Counted from the first letter of the whole stretch, positions 43,288 through 53,714 are shown. The stretch is 63,667 nucleotides of DNA, filler included, from 8 parts of 8 records of this genome joined end to end with filler, not necessarily neighbours in it; one strand, 5' to 3'. The notes: generated by a model from the sequence alone, not told the origin. Translations and numbers: made by a program.

Positions 43288-44055
43288 TCAAATGACTTCC
43301 AGATCCAGACTGCGGCTCCAGCCAACCTGCCCATTGGCAATTCTAATGCGGCTCCAGCCTTCCAGTTCTTCCAGGATTTCAACGCGCGTGCCTTCGTGCA
43401 GAATAAAGACGTCCTTACCGGAATCCTGCGGCGCACTTTTGACGTAAATACTCGGTGCCAGAATTATCGCAGCATTCCTACCCGTTTCGGCATGGTGGCG
43501 TTCGTAACACAGGAAACCACTTGCCAGTGCACAGAAGGTTAAAACAAGCCCCAGCGTAAGTGCCAACCGGCGTGTGGAAGGCGACTTAACAAATGCGAGC
43601 ATTGCAAAAAACGCGACGGCAATCCAAAAAAGCAGCAGGAAAACAATCGCCCAGGTGTCGGCACGGAATAGATCACGTGCGGAATCAAGCCATTCCCAAA
43701 TAAACAGACGCGGCAACTCTTCTATGTCATCGACAGTCGCCGAGCGCGCCAGCACAAGGTTGTGTTTAATATCCAGGTCACCCGGTTCCAGCTTACGCGC
43801 ACGTTCGTAGTTCAGGATTGACAGCGGTATCTTGTTAAGCTTGTAGTAGGCGTTGCCAAGATTGAAGTACACATCGGCCGTGGCTGCACCGCGCTGCAAA
43901 AGGCTGTCGTACAATTCTGCCGAAGCCTCAAAGTCACCGGAGCTATAGAGCGAATTCGCACGCGTAAACATTGCATCAGGCGATTCTGCCCGGGCAGCAA
44001 GTGTGTGTGAAGTCAACAGCAAAACAATTGAGCAAAAAAGCGAGCAAAACCTCAT
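43288..44055 (-). CDS. batE: TPR + SH3 protein BatE
   Basis: YFNLGNAYYK...YERARKLEP, two TMs, FILHEGTRV...WSRIRIANGQVGW. Confidence 0.9.
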   Translation of the reverse strand: MRFCSLFCSIVLLLTSHTLAARAESPDAMFTRANSLYSSGDFEASAELYDSLLQRGAATADVYFNLGNAYYKLNKIPLSILNYERARKLEPGDLDIKHNLVLARSATVDDIEELPRLFIWEWLDSARDLFRADTWAIVFLLLFWIAVAFFAMLAFVKSPSTRRLALTLGLVLTFCALASGFLCYERHHAETGRNAAIILAPSIYVKSAPQDSGKDVFILHEGTRVEILEELEGWSRIRIANGQVGWSRSLDLEVI

Positions 44056-45884
44056 CGTAACGCACCTTCCAAACTCGTAATCAAATCAATTGCTTCCTGG
44101 TAAACCTGCTGGGCAGACGCGCCAACAGCACCGGGAGCAAAACGAGCAAGTTCACATTTTTCAATAACTCCCAGCACACCCGCACTGATTTCATCAGGAA
44201 CGCCACGCTCCTTCAAAGCGGCACGCGCGCTATCCTGCGAAAGATTAGCGGCGTCTAGCCCCAGTTTATCACCCAGGTAACCCCAGAGGGCTTTGGAAAT
44301 CTCTTCAAAAGCAATCTGTTCTTTGCCGGCGCCGAGCGCTTTTTTGGCCTGGGTAAAACGTTTGCGCGCCACCTTGTTCGCCGCCGAGCTGCGTTTAACA
44401 GCACTATCAGTCTCTTGAGAGTTACGGCGTCCCACCAGGACAAAAGTTAAGAGCAGGCCAACTAATGGCGCAGCCAGCAGAGCATAGAACAAGCCGGAGC
44501 CGGCCAGTGCACCGGAGGCATTGAGACTTGATGTTGATGTTTTGATAAATCGAATATCATCGGCCAGCAGCTCAACTTCTTCGCGGCGTACACCCGGGCT
44601 GACAGCGGCGGCACCATCGCCGGTACCGCGCGCCACGCTGATCTGATATTCCGGGCTCGACCGCGTCAGATAACGCTCAGTTTTGGGATCAAACCAGGCC
44701 AGTTCAACCGGCGCAATTTTATAGTCGCCCGGCGTGCGCGGAATAAGCAGATATTCATAAGTGCGGCGGCCACCGATTTTACCGGCGGAGACTTTAACAT
44801 CTTCAACGAGGCGTGGATCGTAGACCTCAAATACTTTCGGGAAGTTAACCGTTGGTTCTGAGAGCAAGTTTAGGTTGCCTTTACCTTCGATTGTAACCCG
44901 GTAGGTGATGGCTTCATTAACGGCCGTAGCTTCACTTGTGATACTGGTTTCCAGGTCAAAGTCGCCGACTGCACCCGCAAAGGCTGCGGGTTGACCGTTC
45001 GCAGGCAGGGCTTTAACCGTAATGTTAATTGGCGTGCTTGTCGATTTGTGCTGGACCGTTTCAAAGCCACCACCGCCAAAGAAGTCGCTAAGACTGCGGC
45101 GGCGCCTTCCATTATTCTGGCTACGGATCTGAACTTCCGCATCAAAAGTCATAGGATCGAGTTCTAAGGTACCGCTACGCTGTGGGACCAGAATAGCATC
45201 TTTAAGTGTGTATACGGTGTATTGCACGCCGTCAAGTACTTCGGGTGTGCCACCGCGATCCGCTTGTTCGATGTCCTGAACCCAGAATCCGCCCAAATTG
45301 GGCTGTCCAATCTGATGGTTGCCAAAGTTTCTGTGGCGCGAATAGAGTTTGTAGGTCACGCGAAATTGTTCGCCCTGGTAGACCTCGCGCTTGCTTGTAG
45401 TGACGCGCAGAAAAATCTCATTGGAAAGATCGCGCGCCTGATTCCCCTGCTCATTCGTTACCGTGATTTTTATGGGTTTTGACTTAACCGTCTGATTACC
45501 GACCTGCGCACTGGCGGCAGGAATAGTGTACGTCCCGGCTTTATCCGGCGAACGCAGCAGGTATTCAAGACCAACTGCCTGGCGCGTCACTCCGTTAACA
45601 TGTTCAACACGACTCGATTGCGACGGTCCACCGACGACAACAAAAGGACTGAGGTCGGGCGCGCGAAAGTTTTTGGGATTTTGCCCAACCACTTCAAATG
45701 TTAACTCGAATCGCTGGTTGCGTGCCACTCGATTGTTACTGACGGTTGCATTCAGTTCAGCCTGCTGCGCAAATGCAGCCGGAGCGGCACCGGGTATACC
45801 GGGTCCACTTAACAAAACTGCCATGCACAGTACTGCACTAAACAGCATTTGTACCTGGCGTAAATTTACTGGATGTATCTGCAT
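44052..45884 (-). CDS. batD: BatD family protein
   Basis: GPSQSS, YQGEQ, GFWVQ, FAGAVGDF, GKGNL, FDPKT, DIRFIK, CELARFAP; ATGA overlap with batE. Confidence 0.9.
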   Translation of the reverse strand: MQIHPVNLRQVQMLFSAVLCMAVLLSGPGIPGAAPAAFAQQAELNATVSNNRVARNQRFELTFEVVGQNPKNFRAPDLSPFVVVGGPSQSSRVEHVNGVTRQAVGLEYLLRSPDKAGTYTIPAASAQVGNQTVKSKPIKITVTNEQGNQARDLSNEIFLRVTTSKREVYQGEQFRVTYKLYSRHRNFGNHQIGQPNLGGFWVQDIEQADRGGTPEVLDGVQYTVYTLKDAILVPQRSGTLELDPMTFDAEVQIRSQNNGRRRRSLSDFFGGGGFETVQHKSTSTPINITVKALPANGQPAAFAGAVGDFDLETSITSEATAVNEAITYRVTIEGKGNLNLLSEPTVNFPKVFEVYDPRLVEDVKVSAGKIGGRRTYEYLLIPRTPGDYKIAPVELAWFDPKTERYLTRSSPEYQISVARGTGDGAAAVSPGVRREEVELLADDIRFIKTSTSSLNASGALAGSGLFYALLAAPLVGLLLTFVLVGRRNSQETDSAVKRSSAANKVARKRFTQAKKALGAGKEQIAFEEISKALWGYLGDKLGLDAANLSQDSARAALKERGVPDEISAGVLGVIEKCELARFAPGAVGASAQQVYQEAIDLITSLEGALR

Positions 45885-45905
45885 AATATTTATGTGTAAT
45901 CGTAA

Positions 45906-46009
45906 TTTGGTTCGGGGCTTTGGCTCAGTGCATTAGTTCCGGGCTTTAGTTCCGGGCTTTAGTTCAGGCCCTTAGTTCAGGCCCTTAGTTCCGGGCTTTG
46001 GTTCAGGGA
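45906..46009. repeat. Intergenic tandem repeat, 8 x 13 bp
   Basis: Degenerate units of TTTAGTTCCGGGC between the batC stop and batD start. Confidence 0.9.
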
Positions 46010-46024
46010 GACAGTTTTAAGCAT

Positions 46025-46531
46025 TTACCAGTCTTTCTCTGCTTTGCGCGACTTGCCTTTGCTGCGGCGCATTTTCTTCTGAAGATTTTTTTCCTGATTC
46101 TGCAGGGCCTGCAACATACGCAGGGCGTCCTCACGCGAAATTGTTATGACACGATCCTGAGACTGGCTGCCATCCTGCTCGGTTTGGTCATCACCGCCCT
46201 GGGCTCCAGACTGACCGTTTTGTTGGCCTTCCTGTCCGTTCTCACCATTCTCACCGTTTTGGGGTTGCTGCTGTTCACCATCTTCGCCGTCCTCACCATT
46301 TTCACCGCTCTGGGATTGCTGCTCGCCGTCTTCGCCATCTTCACCATTTTCGCCACTTTGGGACTGCTGCTCACCGTCTTCGCCGTCCTGATTCTGACCA
46401 TCCTGATTTTGACCGTCCTGATTCTGGCCGTCTTGGTTCTGACCATCCTGATTCTGGCCGTCTTGGTTCTGACCGTCTTGATTCTGACCATCCTGATTCT
46501 GTTGGTCTTCGCCGTTTTGGTCTTGATTCTC
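46025..46531 (-). CDS. batC: C-terminal part of BatC (not in ORF track; 5'-truncated)
   Basis: Hand translation: Q/N/D/E/G-rich tract then ISREDALRMLQALQNQEKNLQKKM...KAEKDW*; immediately upstream of batD. Confidence 0.85.
   Translation of the reverse strand, partial: ENQDQNGEDQQNQDGQNQDGQNQDGQNQDGQNQDGQNQDGQNQDGQNQDGEDGEQQSQSGENGEDGEDGEQQSQSGENGEDGEDGEQQQPQNGENGENGQEGQQNGQSGAQGGDDQTEQDGSQSQDRVITISREDALRMLQALQNQEKNLQKKMRRSKGKSRKAEKDW
46382..46501 (-). repeat. Coding tandem repeat, 8 x 15 bp (QNQDG)
   Basis: Units such as ACCATCCTGATTCTG that differ only at synonymous positions. Confidence 0.9.
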
Positions 46532-46532
46532 C

Positions 46533-46632
46533 NNNNNNNNNNNNNNNNNNNNNNNNNNNNNNNNNNNNNNNNNNNNTTAATTAATTAANNNNNNNNNNNN
46601 NNNNNNNNNNNNNNNNNNNNNNNNNNNNNNNN
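46533..46632. other. Artificial contig spacer
   Basis: N44-TTAATTAATTAA-N44. Confidence 0.99.
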
Positions 46633-46633
46633 G

Positions 46634-46878
<245 letters not shown>

Positions 46879-46879
<1 letters not shown>

Positions 46880-47673
46880 TGATCCGGGGGCTGGCATATG
46901 GGCTGGCCCTTGCGGTCTGGGCTGGTGGGGCGGGCGGGGCAGGGGCCTGCACGGTCGCCCCGGCCAGTGTCACCGCCTATCCCGGCAGCGTCACGGTCGA
47001 TCCCGACACGCGCGGGGCCATTGCGCAGGCATGGTTTGACGATCCCGTCACCCGTTACCGCCACTTCGTGCTGGGGCGCAATGACGAGCCCGAAACGCTC
47101 TGGGTCGATGCCCTTGGCAATCAGGGGCTCTGCGGCCATGCGCTGACACTCGACGACGATCATGTGTTCGAAGATGTGGCCCCGCGACTGGTTGACCTGG
47201 ACGGCGACGGCACCAACGAGGTGATCGTTGCCCGCAGCCATCACCGCCTCGGCGCGCAGCTCGCCGTCTACCGCTGGACCGGCTCCGACCTGACCCTTGC
47301 CGCCACCACCCCGTATATCGGCCGTAGCAATCGTTGGCTGGCGATCATCGGTGCAGCGGATCTCGACGGCGACGGGTCGATCGAGATCGCCTATATCGAC
47401 CGTCCCCATCTGGCCCGCACCCTGCGGATCTGGCGCTTTGCGGATGGCGGTCTTTCCCAGGTGTCGGCCGCGACCGGCCTCACCAATCACCGCATCGGCG
47501 AAGGCCATATCTCCTCGGGCATCCGCGATTGCGACGGCGGCACCGAGATCCTGACAGCAGACAGCACCTGGACCCGGCTCATCGCGACGCGACTGGCTGA
47601 CGGGGTGCTCACAGCCCGCGATCTCGGCCCATGGTCGCCCGGGGCACTCGCCGCGGCCCTGACCTGCACCTGA
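46879..47673 (+). CDS. Exported FG-GAP/VCBS repeat protein
   Basis: Signal peptide; two DLDGDG motifs; TGATG coupling to the ferredoxin. Confidence 0.8.
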
Positions 47674-47675
47674 TC

Positions 47676-47880
47676 CTTTCAGCTTGGCTCAAATACCTCG
47701 GGGGAGTCGCGCAAGCGACGGGGGCAGCGCCCCCATTCCGCAATCTGAATTCACTCCGCCCCTCCGGGCGGCCCGCTTGGGGGCTGCCCGGATCGACGCG
47801 CGCAAGGCGCGCGGCGAAACCGGCAATCCGTATGCACAGGGGGTGTACGGGGGGTGTACACGGGGTGTACGGGCGGCAAC
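47676..47880. repeat. Composite intergenic REP-like element
   Basis: TTGGCTCAAATACCTCGGGG, hairpins GTCGC-GCAA-GCGAC and GGGGC-AGC-GCCCC, then GGGGTGTAC x3. Confidence 0.5.
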
Positions 47881-48018
47881 GGGCGAAAATCGCAGCCATC
47901 GCGTCCGCGTCTGCGGACGCGCCGGTCGGCGGGGCGCAGCCACGGCGAAACCGATGCGGCCCCTTGCGGCCAGCGTCGATCCCCCCTAGTGCGGACCCGC
48001 ACGGGAAGGACGACCGCC

Positions 48019-48771
48019 ATGGGCGAGGCAGCGCAATTCTGGATCATCGCGGGACTGGCGGCCTACCTGATGGGGCTGTCAAAGGGTGGCGTTCCGATGA
48101 TCGCGATCCTCGCGGTGCCGCTTCTGTCGTTGTTCATGGATCCGGCGCTGGCGGCGGGCCTGTTGCTGCCGATCTACATCACCACGGACATGTATGCGGT
48201 CTATCTGTTCCGCAACGCGTTCTCTCTGCGTAACCTGAAAATCCTCATGCCCGCCGGGGCTTGCGGTGTGGGGCTCGGGTTTCTGGCGGTCTCCTACGTG
48301 CCCGGCGACGCGATCAAGCTGCTGGTTGCGCTCATTGCCGTGTCCTACCTGATCTATTCCCTGCGGCGGCGCTTTTCGAAGCGAGAGTTTCCCCCGAAAT
48401 CGGCCGACATACCGCGCGGCTTGATCTGGGGGGGCTTGTCGGGGCTGACCAGCTATATCAGCCATGCCGGCGGCCCGCCCTATCAGGCCTATGTGTTGCC
48501 GCAGAGGCTGGACAAGCTCACCTATCTGGGCACGACGACGATTTTCTTTTCTGCGGTCAACCTGTTGAAAGTTCCGCCATATATCGTTGCGGGGCAAATC
48601 ACCTGGGACAGTTTCGGTCAGGCGGTCTGGCTTATCCCCTGCGCGCTGGCCGGGGCCTGGAGCGGTGCAAGGATCGCCCGAGTTCTGCCCGAACGGGTGT
48701 TCTTCCTGCTGGTCGAGATCGCGCTGGCCGTCGTATCGGTCAAGCTCTTCTGGGAAGTTCTCGCGGGTTGA
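48019..48771 (+). CDS. TauE/SafE (TSUP) family membrane protein
   Basis: GLSKGG, AAGLLLPI, HAGGPP, NLLKVPPY; start at MGEAAQF (SD AAGGA). Confidence 0.88.
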   Translation: MGEAAQFWIIAGLAAYLMGLSKGGVPMIAILAVPLLSLFMDPALAAGLLLPIYITTDMYAVYLFRNAFSLRNLKILMPAGACGVGLGFLAVSYVPGDAIKLLVALIAVSYLIYSLRRRFSKREFPPKSADIPRGLIWGGLSGLTSYISHAGGPPYQAYVLPQRLDKLTYLGTTTIFFSAVNLLKVPPYIVAGQITWDSFGQAVWLIPCALAGAWSGARIARVLPERVFFLLVEIALAVVSVKLFWEVLAG

Positions 48772-48774
48772 GCC

Positions 48775-49797
48775 TCAAGGACTCTGAAACCCGCTGAGAA
48801 CGCTGGTCAGGTTCGCCCCCAACCCGTCGCAGATATAGCCGCCTTCCTGCACGAAAAGCGTCGGCAGCCCCATTGCCGCAATCGCCGCGCCGATGCGGGC
48901 GAACCCCGGCGTGCTGACGCCAAGCCCTTGAAACGGATCGCCTTCATAGGCATCCAGCCCAAGCGCCACCACGATCACATCCGCCCCGAAAGAGGTGACC
49001 CGATCCAGCGCCCGGTCGAGCGTTTTCAGATAGGCCTCATCCGTTGTCCCGCGCGGCAGCGGCAGGTTCAGGTTCGCGCCCAGACCCTCGCCCTCTCCCC
49101 GTTCCTGTGCGTGGCCCCAGAAGAACGGATAGAACCTTTCCGGATCGGCATGGATCGACACGGTCAGCACATCGCCGCGATGGTAGAACAAGCCTTGGGT
49201 GCCATTGCCGTGATGCACGTCGATGTCGAGGATCGCGGGGCGAAGCTCCGCCGCCCTCAACCGCTCTGCCGCGATGCCTGAATTGTTGAGAAAGCAGAAT
49301 CCACCCGCGAGATCGGCAAAGGCGTGATGCCCCGGAGGGCGCGACAGCGCGTAGGCGGACCGCTCGCCGTTTGCCACCAGAGCAGCCCCGGTGATGGCCG
49401 ATTGTGCCGACCAATAGGCGGCCTCCCATGTGCCCTCGGCAATCGGACAGGCAGTGTCGGCCTGATGGTAACCGGCCTGACCCACGGCGGATCTCGGGTA
49501 GCCGTCGCTGCGATTCGCCGGGTGGATATTGGGGATCACCTCCGCGCCGGCGCCGTCGATATTCTGCCAGCGGCGATGGATGTGGCGCAGGAAACTGAGG
49601 TATTCGGCGCTGTGAACGGCGGCGATAGGGCCAAGCCCGGCATCCGTTGGTTCTTGAAAAACGCAGCCCGCGGCCAGCGCCCCGGCGGTCAGGATGTCGA
49701 TGCGGGCGGGCTGTTCGGGGTTCGGCAGAATGGCCCCGTTGGCCATGAAGTGTTTCGGATCGTGATTTGCCTGCCGTGGGTCGAGTATCGCTTTCAT
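48775..49797 (-). CDS. Histone-deacetylase-family (acetylpolyamine amidohydrolase-like) Zn deacetylase
   Basis: PEQPAR, RPPGHHA, GGFCFLNN, DIDVHHGNGTQ, QEGGY intact. Confidence 0.92.
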   Translation of the reverse strand: MKAILDPRQANHDPKHFMANGAILPNPEQPARIDILTAGALAAGCVFQEPTDAGLGPIAAVHSAEYLSFLRHIHRRWQNIDGAGAEVIPNIHPANRSDGYPRSAVGQAGYHQADTACPIAEGTWEAAYWSAQSAITGAALVANGERSAYALSRPPGHHAFADLAGGFCFLNNSGIAAERLRAAELRPAILDIDVHHGNGTQGLFYHRGDVLTVSIHADPERFYPFFWGHAQERGEGEGLGANLNLPLPRGTTDEAYLKTLDRALDRVTSFGADVIVVALGLDAYEGDPFQGLGVSTPGFARIGAAIAAMGLPTLFVQEGGYICDGLGANLTSVLSGFQSP

Positions 49798-50276
49798 GCG
49801 TCACCTGTCAGTTTGTCAAAGCCCGCGCCGGACAGCGCCAGCGTGCGCTGGCCTGTGACCTCTGCAAGGCCCAATCTTGCGTAGAAAGCATGCGCGCGGG
49901 GGCTGCTGTCATAGACGTCGAGCCGCAGAAACCCGGCGCCCCATAGCAGCCTCCCCCGCGCCCCCGCTGCCGCCAACAGCCGCTGTCCAAGCCCCGCACC
50001 CCGCGCGTCGCCCGAGACCCACAAATCGGACACATGCATTCCCGGCATGCCCCGCGACGTGGAAAAGACCGGCGAAAACATCGCCGCGCCAACAACCTGT
50101 TCACCGCGTAGCGCCAACAAGGCATGAAAGGCAGGGCAGGGGCCAAAGCCCGCCATGTGCAGGGTGTCCAGCGCAGCGCGATGTGTATCGCCCAGATCGG
50201 TCGACAGGGTGCGCAACGCCGTATCGAGCAGCGGTAGGTCGGCTTGCGTTACGGGGCGGATCGTCAGGTCATCCAT
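49794..50276 (-). CDS. GNAT N-acetyltransferase (SSAT-like)
   Basis: FSTSRG..GMHVSDLWV...ARGAGLG, AFYARLG; ATGA overlap with the deacetylase. Confidence 0.88.
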   Translation of the reverse strand: MDDLTIRPVTQADLPLLDTALRTLSTDLGDTHRAALDTLHMAGFGPCPAFHALLALRGEQVVGAAMFSPVFSTSRGMPGMHVSDLWVSGDARGAGLGQRLLAAAGARGRLLWGAGFLRLDVYDSSPRAHAFYARLGLAEVTGQRTLALSGAGFDKLTGDA

Positions 50277-50279
50277 GGT

Positions 50280-51206
50280 TCAGATCGCTGTCCGATCCGC
50301 ACCCTTCAGGCCCAGCATCGCGCGGGCCTCTTCGGGCGTGGCGATATCGCGGCCCAGATCCTCGACGATGCGGCGGATCTTGACCACCTGCTCGGCGTTG
50401 GTTTTTGCCAGCGCGCCGCGCGATATCATCAGGCTGTCCTCCAGCCCGACCCGCACATGGCCGCCCATGGCCGCGCCCATGGTGATCAGCGGCATCTGGT
50501 GACGCCCGGCGGCCAGCACCGAAAAGGCATAATCCCCGCCAAACAGCTTGTCCGCGATCAGCTTCATATGGGTCAGGTTTTCCGGGTCGGGGCCAATGCC
50601 GCCCAGAACCCCAAAGACGAACTGGATAAAGATCGGCGCCTTGACCAACCCGCGATCGACGAAATGGCGCAGCATGTAGAGATGGCTGACATCATAGCAT
50701 TCGAACTCGAACCGGGCGCCGCGATCTTCGCCCATTTCGGTCAGGATGCGGGCGATATCTCGGGGGGTGTTCTTGAACACGAGGTCGTCAGAGCCGCGCA
50801 GAAATGGCTCCTCCCAATCATGCTTCCAGTTGCTGATCCGGTCGGCGGCGGGGTAGAGTGCGAAATTCATCGTGCCCATGTTCAGGCTGCACATCTCGGG
50901 CTCTGCCCGTTTTGGCGCGGCCAATCGCTGATCCAGTGTCATCACCGCGCTGCCGCCGGTCGAGATGTTCAGCACCGCGTCCGTCGCCTGCTTGATGCGC
51001 GGCAGGAAGCCCATGAAATGATCGACCGAGGCCGATGGCTGGCCGGTCACGGGATCGCGGGCGTGCAGATGCAGGATCGCCGCCCCGGCTTCGGCCGCGC
51101 CAAGCGCATGTTCGGTGATCTGCTCTGCCGTCACTGGCAGATAGGGTGACATCGTGGGCGTATGGATCGAGCCGGTCAGCGCGCAGGTGATGATGATCTT
51201 GGACAT
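50280..51206 (-). CDS. Beta-keto acid cleavage enzyme (BKACE, DUF849/Kce family)
   Basis: IITCALTG, HLHARD, STGG, SLNMG, ECYD, RVGLED. Confidence 0.93.
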   Translation of the reverse strand: MSKIIITCALTGSIHTPTMSPYLPVTAEQITEHALGAAEAGAAILHLHARDPVTGQPSASVDHFMGFLPRIKQATDAVLNISTGGSAVMTLDQRLAAPKRAEPEMCSLNMGTMNFALYPAADRISNWKHDWEEPFLRGSDDLVFKNTPRDIARILTEMGEDRGARFEFECYDVSHLYMLRHFVDRGLVKAPIFIQFVFGVLGGIGPDPENLTHMKLIADKLFGGDYAFSVLAAGRHQMPLITMGAAMGGHVRVGLEDSLMISRGALAKTNAEQVVKIRRIVEDLGRDIATPEEARAMLGLKGADRTAI

Positions 51207-51212
51207 GGGGCC

Positions 51213-52568
51213 TCAGGCGCTGCGGGGCTGGTTTTGGCGGATTTCGTCGGTGAACTGCGCCAATGAGCGGTCCAGCATATGGGTGATTTCGTCGAGATGG
51301 GTTTCCGTCACGATCATCGGCGGGCAGACAAGGATATGGTCTCCCTCGGTGCCGTCGCGGGTGCGGCGGGAATAGACGATCAGGCCGTTATCATAGGCGA
51401 TCTGAACGAAGCGATCAAAAGCGCGCAGTTCCCGCGCCAGCGGCGCCTTGGTCTTGCGGTCGGCCATGAATTCGAACGCCAGCAACAGCCCCTTGCCGCG
51501 CACGTCCCCGATGATCGGATACCGGTCCATCAGGCTTTTCAACCGCGCCTTCAGGGCCGCCCCCATGACCTCGGCATTGTGGCAGAGGTTCAGCCGCTCA
51601 ATCTCCGACAGCACGGCGACGCCAGCCGCGCAGGACAGCGGATTGCCCGCATAGGTAAAGCCATGTTGAAAGCCGCCATCGTCCAGCACCGGTTCCACCA
51701 GCCGCTCGTGCGCGACCATCGCGCCAAGCGGCACATAGCCCGCCGCGTATCCCTTTGACATGACGATAATATCAGGGGTGATGCCCCAATGGTCCCCGGC
51801 CAGAAACTTGCCCGTTCGACCCGCGCCGGTCATCACCTCATCGAGGATCAGCAACACGCCATGGCGCGTGCAGATCTCGCGCACCCGTTCCATGTAGCCC
51901 GCGGGCGGCACCAGTGCCCCGGTGGAGGCCCCGCCGACCGGTTCCACGATGAAGGCCAGCACGCTTTCCGGGCCTTCCTCTAGGATTTTCGCCTCCAGCA
52001 TGTCGGCATAGTGGTGGCCGGTGGCGGTGTCGTCGGGGTCGAGCCCGTCGAGATAGGCGCGCGGCGCGGGGATCTTGGGCATCGCCTGCATCATCGGCTC
52101 AAACGGCTTGGTCAGCGGCGTGTAGCTGGTGATGGCGAGCGCACCCAATGTACAACCATGGTAACAGGGCGCGCGGCTGATCACCTTCCAGCGACTCGCC
52201 GCGCCGGTGGCAACCGCGTATTGCCGCGCCAGTTTCATTGCGCTTTCCACCGCCTCGGACCCGCCCGAGACGAAAAACACCCGGTCCAATCCCTCGGGCG
52301 TCAGGGCCGCCGTCTTGCGCGCCAACGCCTCGGACGCTTCGGTCTCAAAGTGCAGCCGGTAGCCAAAGGTCGAACGGGCCATTTGCGCGCGCATGGCCTC
52401 AAGCACCACCTCGTTCGAATGGCCGATATTGCAGACCATTGCGCCGGACGATCCGTCCAGATAGCGCCGCCCCTCAGTGTCCCACATGTAGACCCCGCGC
52501 GCCTGATCCAGCACTGGTTTGCGGCCGCGCCCCTGATAGAACAAGTGGCTTTTGCCTTGGTTCGTCAT
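51213..52568 (-). CDS. Class III PLP aminotransferase
   Basis: SGGSEAVE, YHG, EPVGG, DEVMTGAGRTG, SKG, HGFTYAGNP; start at MTNQGKSHL. Confidence 0.92.
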   Translation of the reverse strand: MTNQGKSHLFYQGRGRKPVLDQARGVYMWDTEGRRYLDGSSGAMVCNIGHSNEVVLEAMRAQMARSTFGYRLHFETEASEALARKTAALTPEGLDRVFFVSGGSEAVESAMKLARQYAVATGAASRWKVISRAPCYHGCTLGALAITSYTPLTKPFEPMMQAMPKIPAPRAYLDGLDPDDTATGHHYADMLEAKILEEGPESVLAFIVEPVGGASTGALVPPAGYMERVREICTRHGVLLILDEVMTGAGRTGKFLAGDHWGITPDIIVMSKGYAAGYVPLGAMVAHERLVEPVLDDGGFQHGFTYAGNPLSCAAGVAVLSEIERLNLCHNAEVMGAALKARLKSLMDRYPIIGDVRGKGLLLAFEFMADRKTKAPLARELRAFDRFVQIAYDNGLIVYSRRTRDGTEGDHILVCPPMIVTETHLDEITHMLDRSLAQFTDEIRQNQPRSA

Positions 52569-52572
52569 GCCC

Positions 52573-53652
52573 TTATGCTCCTGGCAAGGCGGCGCAATCG
52601 CGCGGTTTGAACTGGATGTCGACTGTGTCGCCCTCGGCAAAGGGGCGGGTGTCGATCATGTTGATGGCTTGCAACTGCGTGTCGCCAGCGCGCACGAAGT
52701 AACGCACAGCCTGCCCCTGATAGTCCACGGTTTCCACCACGGCCTCTGTGCTGATCAATGACGGATCGGCCTGTCCCTTCGCCACAAGCCGCAACTTCTC
52801 GGCCCGCAGCACCAGTTTGGCGGGGCCTGTGCCCGCAAAGTTCGGGGCTTTTTCAGCCGGAACCGGAACCGTGCCAAAGAGCGGGGTGTCCACCGCAACC
52901 TGTCCGCCCTCGCGGCCGGTGCAGGACCCCGGCAGGATGTTCGATGCGCCAAGGAAATTGGCTACGAATTCACTGGCGGGGGCGTTGTAGACGGCTTCGG
53001 GCGCGCCGACCTGTTCGACGCGGCCATCCGACATCACCAAGATCTGATCGGACATCGCCAACGCTTCGGCCTGATCGTGGGTGACGAAGATCGACGTGAC
53101 ACCGATCCGCGCCTGAATGCGTTTAAGTTCCACCCGCATATCTTCGCGCAGGTTGGCGTCAAGCGCCGACAGGGGTTCATCGAGCAGCAGAACGTCGGGT
53201 TCAATCACGATGGCACGGGCCAGCGCGATGCGCTGTTGCTGGCCGCCCGACAGGGCGGATGGATAGCGGTCGGCGACATGCGGCAATTGCACGAGCTCCA
53301 GCGCCTCGGCCACGCGGCGGGCGGCATCGGTCTTTGAGACCTTGCGATACCGCAGCCCGAAACCGACGTTTTCCGCGATGGTCTTGTGCGGGAACAGAGC
53401 ATAATTCTGAAAGACGATGCCGAGATTGCGCTTATGGATGGGCAAATCGTTTACCCGGCGGCCCTTGATGGTGATCTCGCCGCCTGTCGGATCAAGCAAA
53501 CCGGCGATCATCCGCAACGTCGTGGTCTTGCCGCAGCCTGACGGCCCCAGAAGCGTGACGAACTGGCCCTCGGGGATGTCCAGAGACATTGGTTCGACGG
53601 CGGTGAAATCGCCGAATTTCTTCTCGATATTGGTCAGGGTGACGGCGCTCAC
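52573..53652 (-). CDS. PotA-like ABC transporter ATPase
   Basis: GPSGCGKT, LSGGQQQR, DEPLSALD, TOBE-like tail; GTG start. Confidence 0.92.
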   Translation of the reverse strand: MSAVTLTNIEKKFGDFTAVEPMSLDIPEGQFVTLLGPSGCGKTTTLRMIAGLLDPTGGEITIKGRRVNDLPIHKRNLGIVFQNYALFPHKTIAENVGFGLRYRKVSKTDAARRVAEALELVQLPHVADRYPSALSGGQQQRIALARAIVIEPDVLLLDEPLSALDANLREDMRVELKRIQARIGVTSIFVTHDQAEALAMSDQILVMSDGRVEQVGAPEAVYNAPASEFVANFLGASNILPGSCTGREGGQVAVDTPLFGTVPVPAEKAPNFAGTGPAKLVLRAEKLRLVAKGQADPSLISTEAVVETVDYQGQAVRYFVRAGDTQLQAINMIDTRPFAEGDTVDIQFKPRDCAALPGA

Positions 53653-53714
53653 GGGCGGGGATCCTTTCGGCAAAAGGGGGCGGCGCGAAGGAACGCCGCC
53701 CCTGTCAGTCAGTC

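Noticed and set aside
45906-46009. Possible CRISPR array
   Set aside because: 13-bp units are contiguous with no spacers, and no cas genes are present
45998-46588. Hydrophobic repetitive 196-aa + ORF (ILTILIL...)
   Set aside because: Antisense of the BatC QNQDG tract
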